A stretch of DNA of 64,000 nucleotides from an uncultured Actinomycetes bacterium (GCA_963849125.1 CAWKGI010000017.1:5932-69931); one strand, 5' to 3'; positions 23,020 through 33,656 are shown, counted from the first letter of the stretch. The notes: a model not told the origin generated them from the letters alone. Made by a program: numbers and translations.

Positions 23020-23883
23020 TCCTCGAAGTGATTCCGGGGAACCGATCGGCAGCCCGAGCGCCTGCGCGATCGTCTCGAACAGGTCGACCCCCGGGCTGCG
23101 TGTAGCGCTCGTCGAAGTCGACTGCGCCGTTGAGCTCCAGCACGACCCAGCCGGAGGGGGTGTCGAGCAGATCGACGCCGGCGAGATCGGCACCGACGGC
23201 CACGATCGCCGCGCACGCGAGGGAGGCGGCGTCGGCCGGGAGCGCCGCCGGGACGAGCTCGGCCCCGAGGGCGACGTTGGTGCGCCACTCTCCCTGCCGC
23301 GCGACGCGCGACGCAGCCCCGGCGGCACGCGCGTCGGCGACGACGATCCGGAGGTCGCGCGGAGGCGCATCGACGAAGCTCCTGGGCCACTGCACCGGTC
23401 ACTGCCCACCACGGCTGCGCCCGGGCGAAGGCGACGGCTTCCTCGAGCTCCCGTGGCGTGCGATAGCGGACGACGTCCCGACCCCAGCTGCCAAAGCGCG
23501 GCTTGAGCACCCCTGGCAGCGGGACGTCGTCCGGCGGGGCGTCACGGCCCCACATAGGTCGTTCTCGGATGAGGGAGCCCCGCGGCCGCGAGTGCCCGCG
23601 CCGTCCGGAGCTTGTCGTGCATCGCGAGCAGCGCGGCCGGGCGGTTCAGCACGCGCACGCCACGCCGCTCGAGCACGCGCACCTGCCGCAGGCCGGGCTC
23701 GACGCCGTCGAGCGACGGCAGCACGTCCAGGCGGACGATGGCGACGTCGCCTGGCTCGAGCACGTCGAGCGCCCGGTCAGGCCCGATCACCATCGCGTCG
23801 ATCCCCCGAGACCGCCAGGCGCCCGGCGAGCGCGTCGCTCGTCCGGGTGGGACTGCCGACGATCGCAACCACCGGCCGCTCCA
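23020..23883 (-). CDS. RimK/LysX family ATP-grasp ligase, frameshifted
   Basis: VLNRP, HDKLRT, VLKPRFGSWGRDV, DLRIVVA, WRTNVALGA, GVDLL..VVLELNG. Confidence 0.85.
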
Positions 23884-24003
23884 CCGGGGAGCGAAGTGAC
23901 GACGATCGCAGCACATCCGAACAGGCCATCGAGACCTCCGACCCGATCGTGGCGCGCGACGCAGGGCGCGGCATCGGTGGCGACCCGGATCTTGCCGGGG
24001 GCC

Positions 24004-25746
24004 CTACCCGGCGCTCGAGCGGCCCGCACGCCGGAGCACGCGGCCGTCGCCCACCCGCCGGGTGAGCCCGTCCGCGTCGAAGCGCTCGAGCAGCAGCTGG
24101 GCATCGCGGCGACCGACACCGACGAGATCCCGGAACCGGGCGAGCCTGATGCTTCCGGCCGCCTCGCACTCGGTCACGAGCAGGTCGCGCGCGACCTCGA
24201 ACCCGCCCGCGCCGACGACGTACCCGTCGCCGAGCCGCACGAGCCGTCCATCCTCCTCGAGGAATCGTGCGAGCTCGCGGTCGTCCGCCTTCACCGCAGC
24301 GCAGCCTGCCGCCGCGAGCTCGCGCTCGAGGCGCTCGGCCGCGGCGGACCGATCGCCGAGGGAGGCTGCTGTTCCGGGCAGGAATGCCTTCCCGCCTCGC
24401 CGCTCGACGGGCAGGAGCGGGAGGACGACCGGCGCCCAGGGCTCTGACGGCAGCAGCTCCGCGAGCGCAAGCCCCGGGTCGAGGGGCGAGCTCGCGGCGC
24501 GTTCGCCGAGGCGCTCTTCGACGTCGGCGACCACCGCCGCGAGCCACTCCTCGGAGAACGCCCAATCGCCCTCGACCCGCACCGCCTCGAGCCCCTCCTC
24601 GAGCTCCTCCACGCCGAGCACAGCCCGCGCCGCCAGCGCCGAGCGACGCGTCGGCTCGTGGACGAGCGCGGCGACGATCTCGCGCGGATCGCCGGTCTCG
24701 AGGAGCGCGACGCGGGCCTCGTCGCTCGTGCGCGCCGGTGCGGGATCGAGCACCGTCGCACCGCCGACGGTCGTCTCGGCTCTCAGGACGACGTGATCGC
24801 CGCGGGCCGCGACCACCGGGACCGCGAGGCGGAGCTGCGCGTGGCGCTCGCCGCGACGCACCACGCGGGCGGCGGAGCGGCTCGTGCCGTGGTGGACGGT
24901 CAGGCGGGCACCGTCGGCGATCGGCTGCAGCTCCTCGAGGACGACGTCGAGCCGGTACGACACGGGAAAGGATGCCGGCGCGACGAGGACGTCGCCCCTC
25001 CGGACGTCGTCGCGGTCGAGCCCCGGCAGCGCGAGCGCGACCCTCGCGCCTGCCGCCGCCCTCTCGACGGGCTCGTCGTGCACCTGCACGCTCCGCACCC
25101 TCACCTCGACGCCCCGCGGCTCGAGCCGGAGCACGTCGCCCTCGCCGATCGACCCCGACCACAGCGTTCCGGTCACGACCGTCCCGATCCCCCGGAGGCT
25201 GAACACCCGGTCGACGTGGAGACGTGCGGGGAAGCCGACCGAGCGCTCCACGACCGTGTCTGCCGCGTCCGCGAGGGCGCCGCGGAGCTCCTCGAGCCCC
25301 GCGCCGGTCTGCGCGCTCACGGGCACGATCTCCGCTCCCGGTAGCAGCTCGCGGGCCTCCTCGACGGCGAGCAGCACGGTCTCCTCGTCAACCGCGTCGA
25401 TCTTCGTCACCGCCACGACGCCGACCTGGACACCGAGCAGCCGGAGGATCGCGAGGTGCTCGTGGGTCTGTGGCCGCGCGCCCTCGGCGGCATCGAGCAC
25501 GAGCAGGAAGAGGTCGATCCCGGTCGCCCCCGCCACCATCGTGCGCACGAACCGCTCGTGGCCGGGGACGTCGACCAGCGAGAGCCTCCTCCCGTCCGGG
25601 AGGTCGAGCGGCGCATACCCGAGATCGATGGAGATGCCGCGGCGATGCTCCTCCGGCAGGCGGTCGGTGTCCTTGCCGGTGAGGGCGCGGACGAGGGTCG
25701 TCTTGCCGTGGTCGACGTGCCCGGCGGTGCCGACCGTCAGCGCCAT
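24004..25746 (-). CDS. selB: selenocysteine-specific elongation factor SelB
   Basis: GTAGHVDHGKT, RGISIDLGYA, DVPGHERF, C-terminal WH (FRDLVGVGRRDAQLLLERFD). Confidence 0.97.
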   Translation of the reverse strand: MALTVGTAGHVDHGKTTLVRALTGKDTDRLPEEHRRGISIDLGYAPLDLPDGRRLSLVDVPGHERFVRTMVAGATGIDLFLLVLDAAEGARPQTHEHLAILRLLGVQVGVVAVTKIDAVDEETVLLAVEEARELLPGAEIVPVSAQTGAGLEELRGALADAADTVVERSVGFPARLHVDRVFSLRGIGTVVTGTLWSGSIGEGDVLRLEPRGVEVRVRSVQVHDEPVERAAAGARVALALPGLDRDDVRRGDVLVAPASFPVSYRLDVVLEELQPIADGARLTVHHGTSRSAARVVRRGERHAQLRLAVPVVAARGDHVVLRAETTVGGATVLDPAPARTSDEARVALLETGDPREIVAALVHEPTRRSALAARAVLGVEELEEGLEAVRVEGDWAFSEEWLAAVVADVEERLGERAASSPLDPGLALAELLPSEPWAPVVLPLLPVERRGGKAFLPGTAASLGDRSAAAERLERELAAAGCAAVKADDRELARFLEEDGRLVRLGDGYVVGAGGFEVARDLLVTECEAAGSIRLARFRDLVGVGRRDAQLLLERFDADGLTRRVGDGRVLRRAGRSSAG

Positions 25747-25813
25747 CGGTCCGGTCGCAGTCGGCCAGGGACGCGAGCTCTCGGCGCCCACCCCGGCAAG
25801 TACCACGGAGTCA

Positions 25814-27130
25814 CTAGCGAGCCTCCGCGCCCACCCCACGCGCGCGCTCGACCGCGGCGGCGACCTCGTCGACCTCGGAGTCGGCGATCGTGCGGGCGTC
25901 GAGCAGCAGCCGTCCGTCGCGGACGACGCCGACGACGGCCGGGTCGCCCAGGCGCAACGGCGCGGCGAGCTCCTCTTCGACGGCGCAGGCGAACGACGGG
26001 AGCTCGGCGAGCGGCAGCGCGCCGCCGCCGACGCGGGCGACGGTCTCCTCGACCTCCCCGTGGACGAGCGACGCGAGCCGCTCCGCGCGAGCGCGGACGA
26101 CGTCGGCGGAGGCGTCGAGCATCGCCACGACCGGGATCTCTCGCCGGGCCTGCTCGGGGTCGAGGCAGAGGGTGAGCAGGCCCTCGAGCGCCGCGAGCGC
26201 GAGCTTGTCCGCGCGCAGCGCACGCTGCAGCGGATGACGCCGGAGCCGCTCGACGAGCTCCGCGCGCCCGACCACGATCCCGGCCTGCGGGCCACCGAGC
26301 AGCTTGTCGCCGGAGAAGCACACGAGGTCGGCGCCGGCGGCGAGGCTCGAGGCCGCGGTCGGCTCGTCTCCGAGGTCGAGGAGCGCACCCGATCCGAGGT
26401 CGTCGACGAGCGGGAGGTCGTGAGCGCGCGCGACGGCCGCGAGCTCGGCGAGCGTGGGCTGCTCGGTGAACCCGACCACGCGGAAGTTCGACTGGTGGAC
26501 GCGCAGGAGCACGGCCGTGTCGGGCCCGATCGCGCGCTCGTAGTCGGCGACGCGAGTGCGGTTGGTCGTGCCGACCTCGACGAGACGGGCGCCCGAGCGC
26601 ACGAGGACGTCCGGGATGCGGAAGCCGTCGCCGATCTCGATCAGCTCCCCACGGGAGACGACGACCTCGCGGCCCTCGCCGAGCGCCGCGAGCGCGAGCA
26701 TCACCGCAGCGGCGCAGTTGTTGACGACCAGCGCGGCCTCGGCGCCCGTCACCCGGGCGAGGATCGCGCCGAGGTGGTCGTGCCGCGAGCCCCGCTTTCC
26801 CGTCTCGAGATCGAGCTCGAGGTTCGAGTAGCCGGCGACCTCGACGATCCGCTCGACCGACGCGGCCGGAAGAGGAGCGCGGCCGAGGTTCGTGTGGATC
26901 ACGACCCCCGTCGCATTGATCGCCCGTCGCAGGCTCGGGCGTCGCGCGCCGTGGATCTCCGCGAGAGCGAGCTCGACCGGATCGCCCGGCTCGCCGCCGG
27001 CGCGGATCGCGGCGCGGGCCGCCTCCAGCGCCGCGCGTGCGGCGACGAGCGCGAGCGCATGCGGCTCGGTCGCGAGGCGCGGGTCGGCGAGCATCCGGTC
27101 GACGGAGGGGAGATCTCGGAGCGAGGCCAT
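25814..27130 (-). CDS. selA: L-seryl-tRNA(Sec) selenium transferase
   Basis: INATGVVIHTNLGRAP, SRGELIEIGDGFRIPD, EVGTTNRT, FSGDKLLGGPQAG. Confidence 0.97.
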   Translation of the reverse strand: MASLRDLPSVDRMLADPRLATEPHALALVAARAALEAARAAIRAGGEPGDPVELALAEIHGARRPSLRRAINATGVVIHTNLGRAPLPAASVERIVEVAGYSNLELDLETGKRGSRHDHLGAILARVTGAEAALVVNNCAAAVMLALAALGEGREVVVSRGELIEIGDGFRIPDVLVRSGARLVEVGTTNRTRVADYERAIGPDTAVLLRVHQSNFRVVGFTEQPTLAELAAVARAHDLPLVDDLGSGALLDLGDEPTAASSLAAGADLVCFSGDKLLGGPQAGIVVGRAELVERLRRHPLQRALRADKLALAALEGLLTLCLDPEQARREIPVVAMLDASADVVRARAERLASLVHGEVEETVARVGGGALPLAELPSFACAVEEELAAPLRLGDPAVVGVVRDGRLLLDARTIADSEVDEVAAAVERARGVGAEAR

Positions 27131-27183
27131 TCCCCGGAGTGTAGGAGCCGGCACGGGCTCGACGGCCCGATCGCCGCCGACCT

Positions 27184-27903
27184 TCACTCGGCCCCGTCGA
27201 GAGGGAACTCGAGGCCGGGAAGCCAGTGCTCCCAGACGGAACGGAGATCGGCAGCCGCGATCGCCCCGTCGAGTGCCTCGCGCAGGCCGTGGTCCCCGAG
27301 ACGCAGGGCGCAGCCCCAGCGGTTGCGCGTCGCGACCGTGAACGCGACGCGGGCCCACGGATGCGTCCGGTCGAGATCGAGGAACGCCACGTCGTCGTCG
27401 ACGACCGCGTCGATCTCGTCGCCCTCGAGGGCCGCCATCATGTCGCCGAGCACGTCGTCGGTCGCGCCGTGGAAGGGCACGCAGAGAGCACCCGGGAAGG
27501 TCGCGGCCAAGGCGAGGTTCGTCGACCCGGCGATCGCGCCGACACGCCTGCCCCGGAGGTCGCCGGCAGAGAACGCGGGGTCGTCTCCACGCACCACCAC
27601 GGACTCGTCGAACACCGCGTACGGGCGCGTGTAGGTGAACAGCCGCTCGCGCTCAGGCGTGATCGCCGACCCGCACCAGATCCCGTCGCACTCCCGGCGC
27701 GCGAGGGCGCCGGCCATGTCGGACCACTGCACGAACACCCAACGGAGTTCGAGCCGGAGAGCGGCCGCGACCGTCTGTGCCGCACCCGGCTCGTATCCGT
27801 GTCGTGTGCCGTCGGGATCCGTCCAGAACAGCGGCGGGGCAGGCAGCGACGAGCACGCGAGCCTGAGCACGCCCGGCTCGCGGGTCGGAGGCGCCTCAGA
27901 CAA
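27184..27903 (-). CDS. amino-acid ABC-type substrate-binding domain protein (no obvious signal peptide)
   Basis: AITPERER..FTYTRPY, DLRGRRVGAIAGST, GDEIDAVVDD. Confidence 0.8.
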   Translation of the reverse strand: MSEAPPTREPGVLRLACSSLPAPPLFWTDPDGTRHGYEPGAAQTVAAALRLELRWVFVQWSDMAGALARRECDGIWCGSAITPERERLFTYTRPYAVFDESVVVRGDDPAFSAGDLRGRRVGAIAGSTNLALAATFPGALCVPFHGATDDVLGDMMAALEGDEIDAVVDDDVAFLDLDRTHPWARVAFTVATRNRWGCALRLGDHGLREALDGAIAAADLRSVWEHWLPGLEFPLDGAE

Positions 27904-28710
27904 GTGCGGGCACGACCTCGCGCAGCAGCGCGATCAGGTCGGCGGACGCCGCGGCACCGATCTCCAGCACCCGCTCGTGCTCGATCGGCTCGGGGAGCAC
28001 CCCGGCGGCCATGTTCGTCACGCACGACAGCGCGAGGCACCTGACCCCCAGGTGGCGGGCGGCCAGCACCTCGGGCACCGTCGACATCCCCACCAGATCG
28101 GCGCCGAAGACGCGCATCATCCGGATCTCCGCGGGCGTCTCGAACGCGGGGCCGAGCCAGGCAGCGTAGACGCCCTCGCCGAGGGCGATGCCCAGACGTT
28201 CCGCGGCTGCGTGGGCGACCGCGCGGAACGCCGGGTCGTAGGCCTGCGAGAGGTCGGGAAAGCGAGGCCCGAGCGACTCGTCGTTCGGCCCGATCAGGGG
28301 CGAGGAGGCCTGCAGGTTGAGGTGATCGGAGATCGCGACGAGCTGCCCTGGCTCGAGCGACGTGTCGATCGCCCCACACGCGTTGGTGAGAACGAGGGCC
28401 GGACGCCGAGCGCCGCGAGCACCCTCACGCCGAAGACGACACGATCGGGCGCGAGGCCCTCGTAGAGGTGCGCCCGGCCCTTCATCACGGCGATCGGGCG
28501 ACCGCCGAAGCGACCAGCGACGAGCCGGCCCGCATGGCCGACCGCCGTCGAGGTCGGCCAGCCCGGGATCTCGTCGTACGCGATCTCGACCGCCTCCTCG
28601 ACCGCGTCGGCGAATCCGCCGAGCCCGCTGCCGAGCACCACGCCGACCTCTGGCGCAAGGTCCGTCCTGACGCGGATCGCCTCGACCGCCTCGGCGATCC
28701 CCTCCGTCAC
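27896..28710 (-). CDS. punA: purine-nucleoside phosphorylase (trimeric type), frameshifted
   Basis: GVVLGSGLG, GHAG, GRAHLYEG, GADLVGMSTVPE, TNMAAG. Confidence 0.9.
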
Positions 28711-29384
28711 GTGCTCGGGCCTCCGATCGTCGCCCGGACGATCCGCACCGCGTCGGCCGGGTCGTCGACCACGTGGAGCCGGTCCAGGTCGTGCTTCGAG
28801 ATGAGCCCGTCGTCGAGCGTCTCGACCCGGACGAAGTGGAGCAGCTCCTCCCAGTAGTCCGAGTCGAACAGGACGACCGGGAACGACTCGATCACCCCTG
28901 TCTGGATCAGCGTGAGGGACTCGAAGAGCTCGTCGAGCGTGCCGAACCCGCCCGGGAAGATCACGAAGCCCGACGCGGCCTTCACGAACATCGTCTTGCG
29001 GGCGTAGAAGTGCTTGAGGGTGAGGCCGAGGTCGACGTACTGGTTCATCCCCTGCTCATGGGGCAGCACGATGTTGAACCCGACGGAGAGACCTCCCCCC
29101 TCCTGCGCCCCGCGGTTCGCGGCCTCCATCACCCCGGGCCCGCCGCCGGTCACGACCGAGAAGCCCGCCTCCGCGAACAGCCGCGCCGTCTCGCGCGCCG
29201 ACGCGTACGTCGCCGACCCCGCCCCGACCCGGGCCGACCCGAAGATCGTGACAGCCGGCTGCGTGATCTTCTCGACGGCCTTGAAGCCCGCCATGAACTC
29301 GGCTGCGATCAGCGCGACGTCGCTCGCGATCTCGCCATCCGTCGCCTTCATGACGCGACGATCGAGGCCTCCGTTTCGCTTCAC
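28707..29384 (-). CDS. LOG family (TIGR00730) protein
   Basis: VTIFGSAR, TGGGPGVMEAANRG, FPGGFGTLDELFE. Confidence 0.92.
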   Translation of the reverse strand: MKRNGGLDRRVMKATDGEIASDVALIAAEFMAGFKAVEKITQPAVTIFGSARVGAGSATYASARETARLFAEAGFSVVTGGGPGVMEAANRGAQEGGGLSVGFNIVLPHEQGMNQYVDLGLTLKHFYARKTMFVKAASGFVIFPGGFGTLDELFESLTLIQTGVIESFPVVLFDSDYWEELLHFVRVETLDDGLISKHDLDRLHVVDDPADAVRIVRATIGGPST

Positions 29385-30061
29385 AGCCGATCCTGGGGGA
29401 CGTGGGAGACGAGCATGCCGACGACGAGGGCGGCGGTCGTCGCGATGCTCGCGAAGGCGACAACCCCAGCGAGCCGGCGGGCTTCTGCGGCACTGGGACG
29501 CCCGCCGCCCGCACGCAGCACGCGCCACGAGCGCAGCACGTGCGCACCGTCGAGGAACGCGATGGGCACGAGGTTGATCAGGTTGAGCAGGAACCCGGCG
29601 TACGCCAGTGCCAGCAGCAGGTCCGAGTCGCCGAGCACCCCGGCGACGAGGCACCCGAGGGCCGCCGCGCCTCCGGCGATCGGCCCGGCGAGCGAGACCC
29701 GCGCGTTGACCCACGGGTCGAACCGCATGTTCCGCAGCGCGACGTAGGCCCCGAGGAACGGGATGAAGACGGGCAGCTGCGGGTCGAGGCCCTCGCGCTT
29801 GGCCTCGACGTAGTGCCCGAGCTCGTGCGCGAGGATCAGCAGCACGACGCCGACCGCGAACGGGAGACCCCAGATCAGCGCGTAGCCGCCGACCGCGAGG
29901 AAGACCCCGAAGAACTTGAGCCCGAAGCCACCGACCTTGAGGAGCACAGTGAAGCCGACCACGATGGGCGCGACCAGCCGACCGAGGAGACCTCTCGACT
30001 GGCGGTCCGGCTCGCGCTCGGGCTCGGGCGGCGGGACGTCTAGGAGCCCTGGCCGATCCAC
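29381..30061 (-). CDS. site-2 protease (M50) family
   Basis: HELGH, SLAGP, NLVPIAFLDG. Confidence 0.9.
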   Translation of the reverse strand: MDRPGLLDVPPPEPEREPDRQSRGLLGRLVAPIVVGFTVLLKVGGFGLKFFGVFLAVGGYALIWGLPFAVGVVLLILAHELGHYVEAKREGLDPQLPVFIPFLGAYVALRNMRFDPWVNARVSLAGPIAGGAAALGCLVAGVLGDSDLLLALAYAGFLLNLINLVPIAFLDGAHVLRSWRVLRAGGGRPSAAEARRLAGVVAFASIATTAALVVGMLVSHVPQDRL

Positions 30062-30678
30062 TCCTCGCCTCCCACGTAGATCTCCTTCTTCCAGAGGGGC
30101 ACCGTCTGCTTGAGCGTGTCGATCGCATCGCGGCAGGCGTCGAGGGCATCTCCGCGATGGGCCGAGGACACGGCGATCACGACGCTCGGCTCGCCGATCT
30201 CGACGACGCCGACCCGATGATGGATCGCGATCCGAACGAGCGCGTACCGCTCGGCGAGCTCGGCTGCGATCCGCTCCATCTCCGCCTCCGCCATGCCCTC
30301 GTACGCCTCGTACTCGAGCCGGACGACGTCGCGCCCGCGCGATCGGTCGCGCGTCGTCCCGGTGAACGTCGCGATCGCGCCCGCGCCGTCGTCGGCGACC
30401 TCGCGCACGGCGTCATCGAGCGAGAGCGGCCCCTCGGAGAGCCGAAACGCCCCTCCCGAGACGGGCGGGATCAGCGCCACCTCGTCACCGTCAGCGAGCG
30501 GTGCCCCGCGGTCGACGTACGCGTGGTTGACCGCGAAGAGGAGCCCGGCGGGCTCGTCGCCGAGCTCGAGTGCGCCGAAGACGTCGGAGACACGGGCACC
30601 CTCGGGAAGCTCGAGCGAGCGCGCCCGGATCCCGGCGCGCTCCCGGAGCCCCGCGAACAACCGGACCTCGACCTGCAT
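30040..30678 (-). CDS. moaX: MoaD-MoaE fusion molybdopterin synthase (MoaX-like)
   Basis: MQVEVRLFAGLRE...DEVALIPPVSGG fused to GAIATFTG...LEYEAY...HRVG...VPLWKKE. Confidence 0.92.
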   Translation of the reverse strand: MQVEVRLFAGLRERAGIRARSLELPEGARVSDVFGALELGDEPAGLLFAVNHAYVDRGAPLADGDEVALIPPVSGGAFRLSEGPLSLDDAVREVADDGAGAIATFTGTTRDRSRGRDVVRLEYEAYEGMAEAEMERIAAELAERYALVRIAIHHRVGVVEIGEPSVVIAVSSAHRGDALDACRDAIDTLKQTVPLWKKEIYVGGEEWIGQGS

Positions 30679-30856
30679 CGGCTGAGCGTATCTGCGAGGC
30701 CTCGGCCGGTGGCTCTCCGCGCTCCGAGCGGTCCCGGCACGCATCCGGTCACCCTGCTCGCAGCGAGATCCTCCCCGGGGGCGTCTGAGACCCCGATCGA
30801 GCATCTTGCGGCCGGCAGGCTTGCCGAGACCCGTCGCTGTCATGTTACATCTGGCC

Positions 30857-31513
30857 ATGGCCACGACCCTGCCGCGGACGAACCTCAACGAGCACGTCTA
30901 CGAGACCCTGCGCCAGCGCATCCTCGCGCGGGAACCCGGCGCCGGCGCCAAGCTCAGCCTGCACGAGCTCGCCACGGAGCTCGGCGTGTCGCGCAGCCCC
31001 GTGCACCACGCCCTGACGCGACTCGTGTCCGAGGGCCTGCTCACCGTGAAGGCGCGTCGCGGGTACTACGTCACCCCCGTGACCGAGACCGCGCTGCACG
31101 ACGGGTACGAGGTGCGGCTCGCGCTGGAGCTGCACGCCGCCGAGCGCACGATCGGACACCTCGACGCCGCGCAGCTCGCGCGGTTCCGGGAGCTGCTCGT
31201 CGCCACCGAGGTCGCTCTCTCCCACGAGGAGTGGGACGCGGCGAACGCCGCCTTCCACGAGTACCAGGTCGACCTCGCGGGCAACACCATGCTCTCGGGC
31301 TTCTACCGCGACCTGTCGGTGAACCTGATGATGCAGGTGATCCGCGGCGGACGCCTCGAGGGCGGCTCCTACCTCGCGACCGAGCACGGGGCCATCGTCG
31401 CCGCCTTCGAGGCAGGCGATCTCGCAGCCGCGAAGGAGGCGATCACGACCCACGTCGCGACCGGTGAGCGCATCGCCCTCGAGGCGATCGAGCGGGCGGG
31501 CGGGGCGCTGTAG
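30857..31513 (+). CDS. GntR/FadR (FCD) family regulator
   Basis: LATELGVSRSPV..AL..L..EGLL, NAAFH, EH..IVAAFEAGD; ATGTTACAT palindrome at 30842-30850. Confidence 0.9.
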   Translation: MATTLPRTNLNEHVYETLRQRILAREPGAGAKLSLHELATELGVSRSPVHHALTRLVSEGLLTVKARRGYYVTPVTETALHDGYEVRLALELHAAERTIGHLDAAQLARFRELLVATEVALSHEEWDAANAAFHEYQVDLAGNTMLSGFYRDLSVNLMMQVIRGGRLEGGSYLATEHGAIVAAFEAGDLAAAKEAITTHVATGERIALEAIERAGGAL

Positions 31514-31920
31514 TTGTCCGCTAGCGCGGGATCCGCAGAAGCGGATCCCGCCCGCGGGGGATCCCTCGGGCGGCTACGCCGCGCGAGGGCAAACCCCTGA
31601 AGTAGTCCGCTAGCGCGGGATCCGCAGAAGCGGATCCCGCCCGCGGTTGATCCCCCGGTGCCGCTGCGCGGAACGTGGGGGCAGACCCCTGAAGCCGGGG
31701 GAACCCAGGTTCCCCCAGGGAACCCCTCCTGCGTTGGGCGAGGCGGATCCGCAAACGGTTGTTGCGCTGGCCCGGACGCCGCCCGAGCGGATCCGTAGTG
31801 GCCCCCGGGGCGGCCTCGGCGTGTCGCCGACGAGGGCAAGACCCCTGGAGCCGGAGGAACGCAGCGTTCCCCCGAGCGGTATCCGCCGGTGCGGGCGACC
31901 CCTGAAGCCGCCGCGGAACC
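31514..31920. repeat. cluster of palindromic tandem repeats (REP/BIME-like)
   Basis: two ~90-nt units sharing GTCCGCTAGCGCGGG(G)ATCCGCAGAAGCGGATCCCGCCCGCGG; ACCCCTG(A/G)AG occurs 4 times. Confidence 0.75.
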
Positions 31921-32147
31921 TCGGCATACTCGGTGCAGCGCGAGGCGGAGTCGGCGCGACCGCAGAGCGTCGTCCCCGCAACCGGCTCCGACGACGGTAG
32001 GCCCTACGGGGTCCGGCCTGACGCGAAGCGGCAGCGCGTGACCCGCTGCACGCGCCACGGCCCCGGGGCGTGGCTTCAGCCGCGCCCCTCCGCGCCGACG
32101 GAATCCCCACGCCCGGGCGGGTGCGCGACCCGTACCATGACGCGGTC

Positions 32148-33656
32148 ATGGCTCCCGCGACCGACACGCGCCGCAGGCGCCGGGCACTCGCCGTCGGCGC
32201 GGCCGTGACCCTCGCGCTCCTCGTGCCGCTCGTCGCCCTCGCAGCGGGACGCGGCGGGAGCTCGACCACCACGGCGACGTCCACACCGGACTTCGCGCGC
32301 GAGGTCGCCCCGATCATCCGTGGGAAGTGCGCCGGCTGTCACCGGCTCGGCGGCATCGCACCGTTCGCCTACCGGACGGAAGCCGACGTCGCAGCGAAGG
32401 CCCCGCTCATCGTCGCCGCCGTCGAGAGCCGGCGGATGCCGCCCTGGCCGCCCGGAACGTCCTCCCCCCGCTACGTCGGACAGGACCTCCGCACACTCAC
32501 GTCCGGCCAGCGGGAGACGCTGCTGCGCTGGGCGCGCTCGCAGCTGGTGCGCCCGGGCGCGCCGCGCTCGCGGACACCGGTCGGCGCGCCGCCGAAGACG
32601 GGCGTCACCGCTCGCCCCGGCGAGACGACCCTCGACCTCGCGATGCCGACCGCGTACACCCCGCGCTCGGTCGGCGGTGCGACGGACGACTACCGCTGCT
32701 TCCTCCTCGACGCGAAGCTCGCGCAGGATGCCTTCGTCACCTCGGCGCGGATCGAGCCCGGTCAGGCCGCGCTCGTGCACCACGTCATCCTCTATCGCGT
32801 CCTGCCTGAGGTCGTCTCCGACGCGCAGCGCCTCGACCGCGAGTCGCCCGGCCAGGGCTGGACGTGCTTCGGCGGAAGCGGCGTCCGCCAGCCCCTCAGC
32901 GCCAACGGCGGCAGCGGGGTCGGATCGTTCCTGAACGACGCCGGGTGGATCTCCGCCTGGGCGCCGGGCTGGGGCGGCGACCGGATGCCCGACGGCGTCG
33001 GGATCTCGCTCCCCAAGGGCAGCCAGGTCGTGATGCAGGTGCACTACAACCTCCTCAACGGTCGCAAGCCCGACCGCTCACGGGCTGTCCTCACGACCGT
33101 CGCCCGCCACCGAAGGCCCTGACACCCCGTCCAGACGATGCTGCTGCCCGCACCCGTCGAGCTCGCGTGCGCGAAGGGGGAGAAGGGCGCGCTCTGCGAC
33201 CGCACCGCGGCGCTGTTCGACCAGATCCGCAAGTACGGCCAGGACGCAGGGCTGTTCCCGACCGGTCTCCTGCTGCTCTGCAAACGTGACGCAGCCGCAC
33301 CGAAGGCCAATCCGGTCTCGACCTGCGATCGATCGTTCGACCGTCCCACCACGATCCAGTCGGTCGCAGGGCACATGCATCTGCTCGGCAGCTCGATCAA
33401 GATCGAGCTCAACCCGGGGACGCCACGGTCGAAGGTGCTGCTCGACATCCCCCGCTGGGACTTCCACTGGCAGGCCTCCTACGTGCTCCAGTCGGCCCAG
33501 AAGGTCGGCCCCGGCGACGTGGTCCGCGTCACCTGCCGCCACGACGCAAGCCTGCGCAAGCGGAACCAGCCAACCGCGAAGCCGCGCTACGTGCTCTGGG
33601 GCGAGGGCACGACGGACGAGATGTGCCTGGGGATCCTCCAGGTCACGCGCGGTTGA
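32148..33656 (+). CDS. secreted type II copper monooxygenase-like (PHM/DBH fold) protein with N-terminal CxxCH, frameshifted
   Basis: CAGCH, MPPW, DDYRCF, VHHVI, MQVHY, GHMHLLG, WDFHWQ, TDEMC. Confidence 0.85.

Noticed and set aside
24884..27634. Long + strand ORF of 916 aa and similar Arg/Ser-rich shadow ORFs
   Set aside because: Antisense to selA/selB; typical open shadow frames of GC-rich genes
31514..31920. CRISPR array
   Set aside because: Only two near-identical units, the intervening segments are themselves related hairpins, and no cas genes are present
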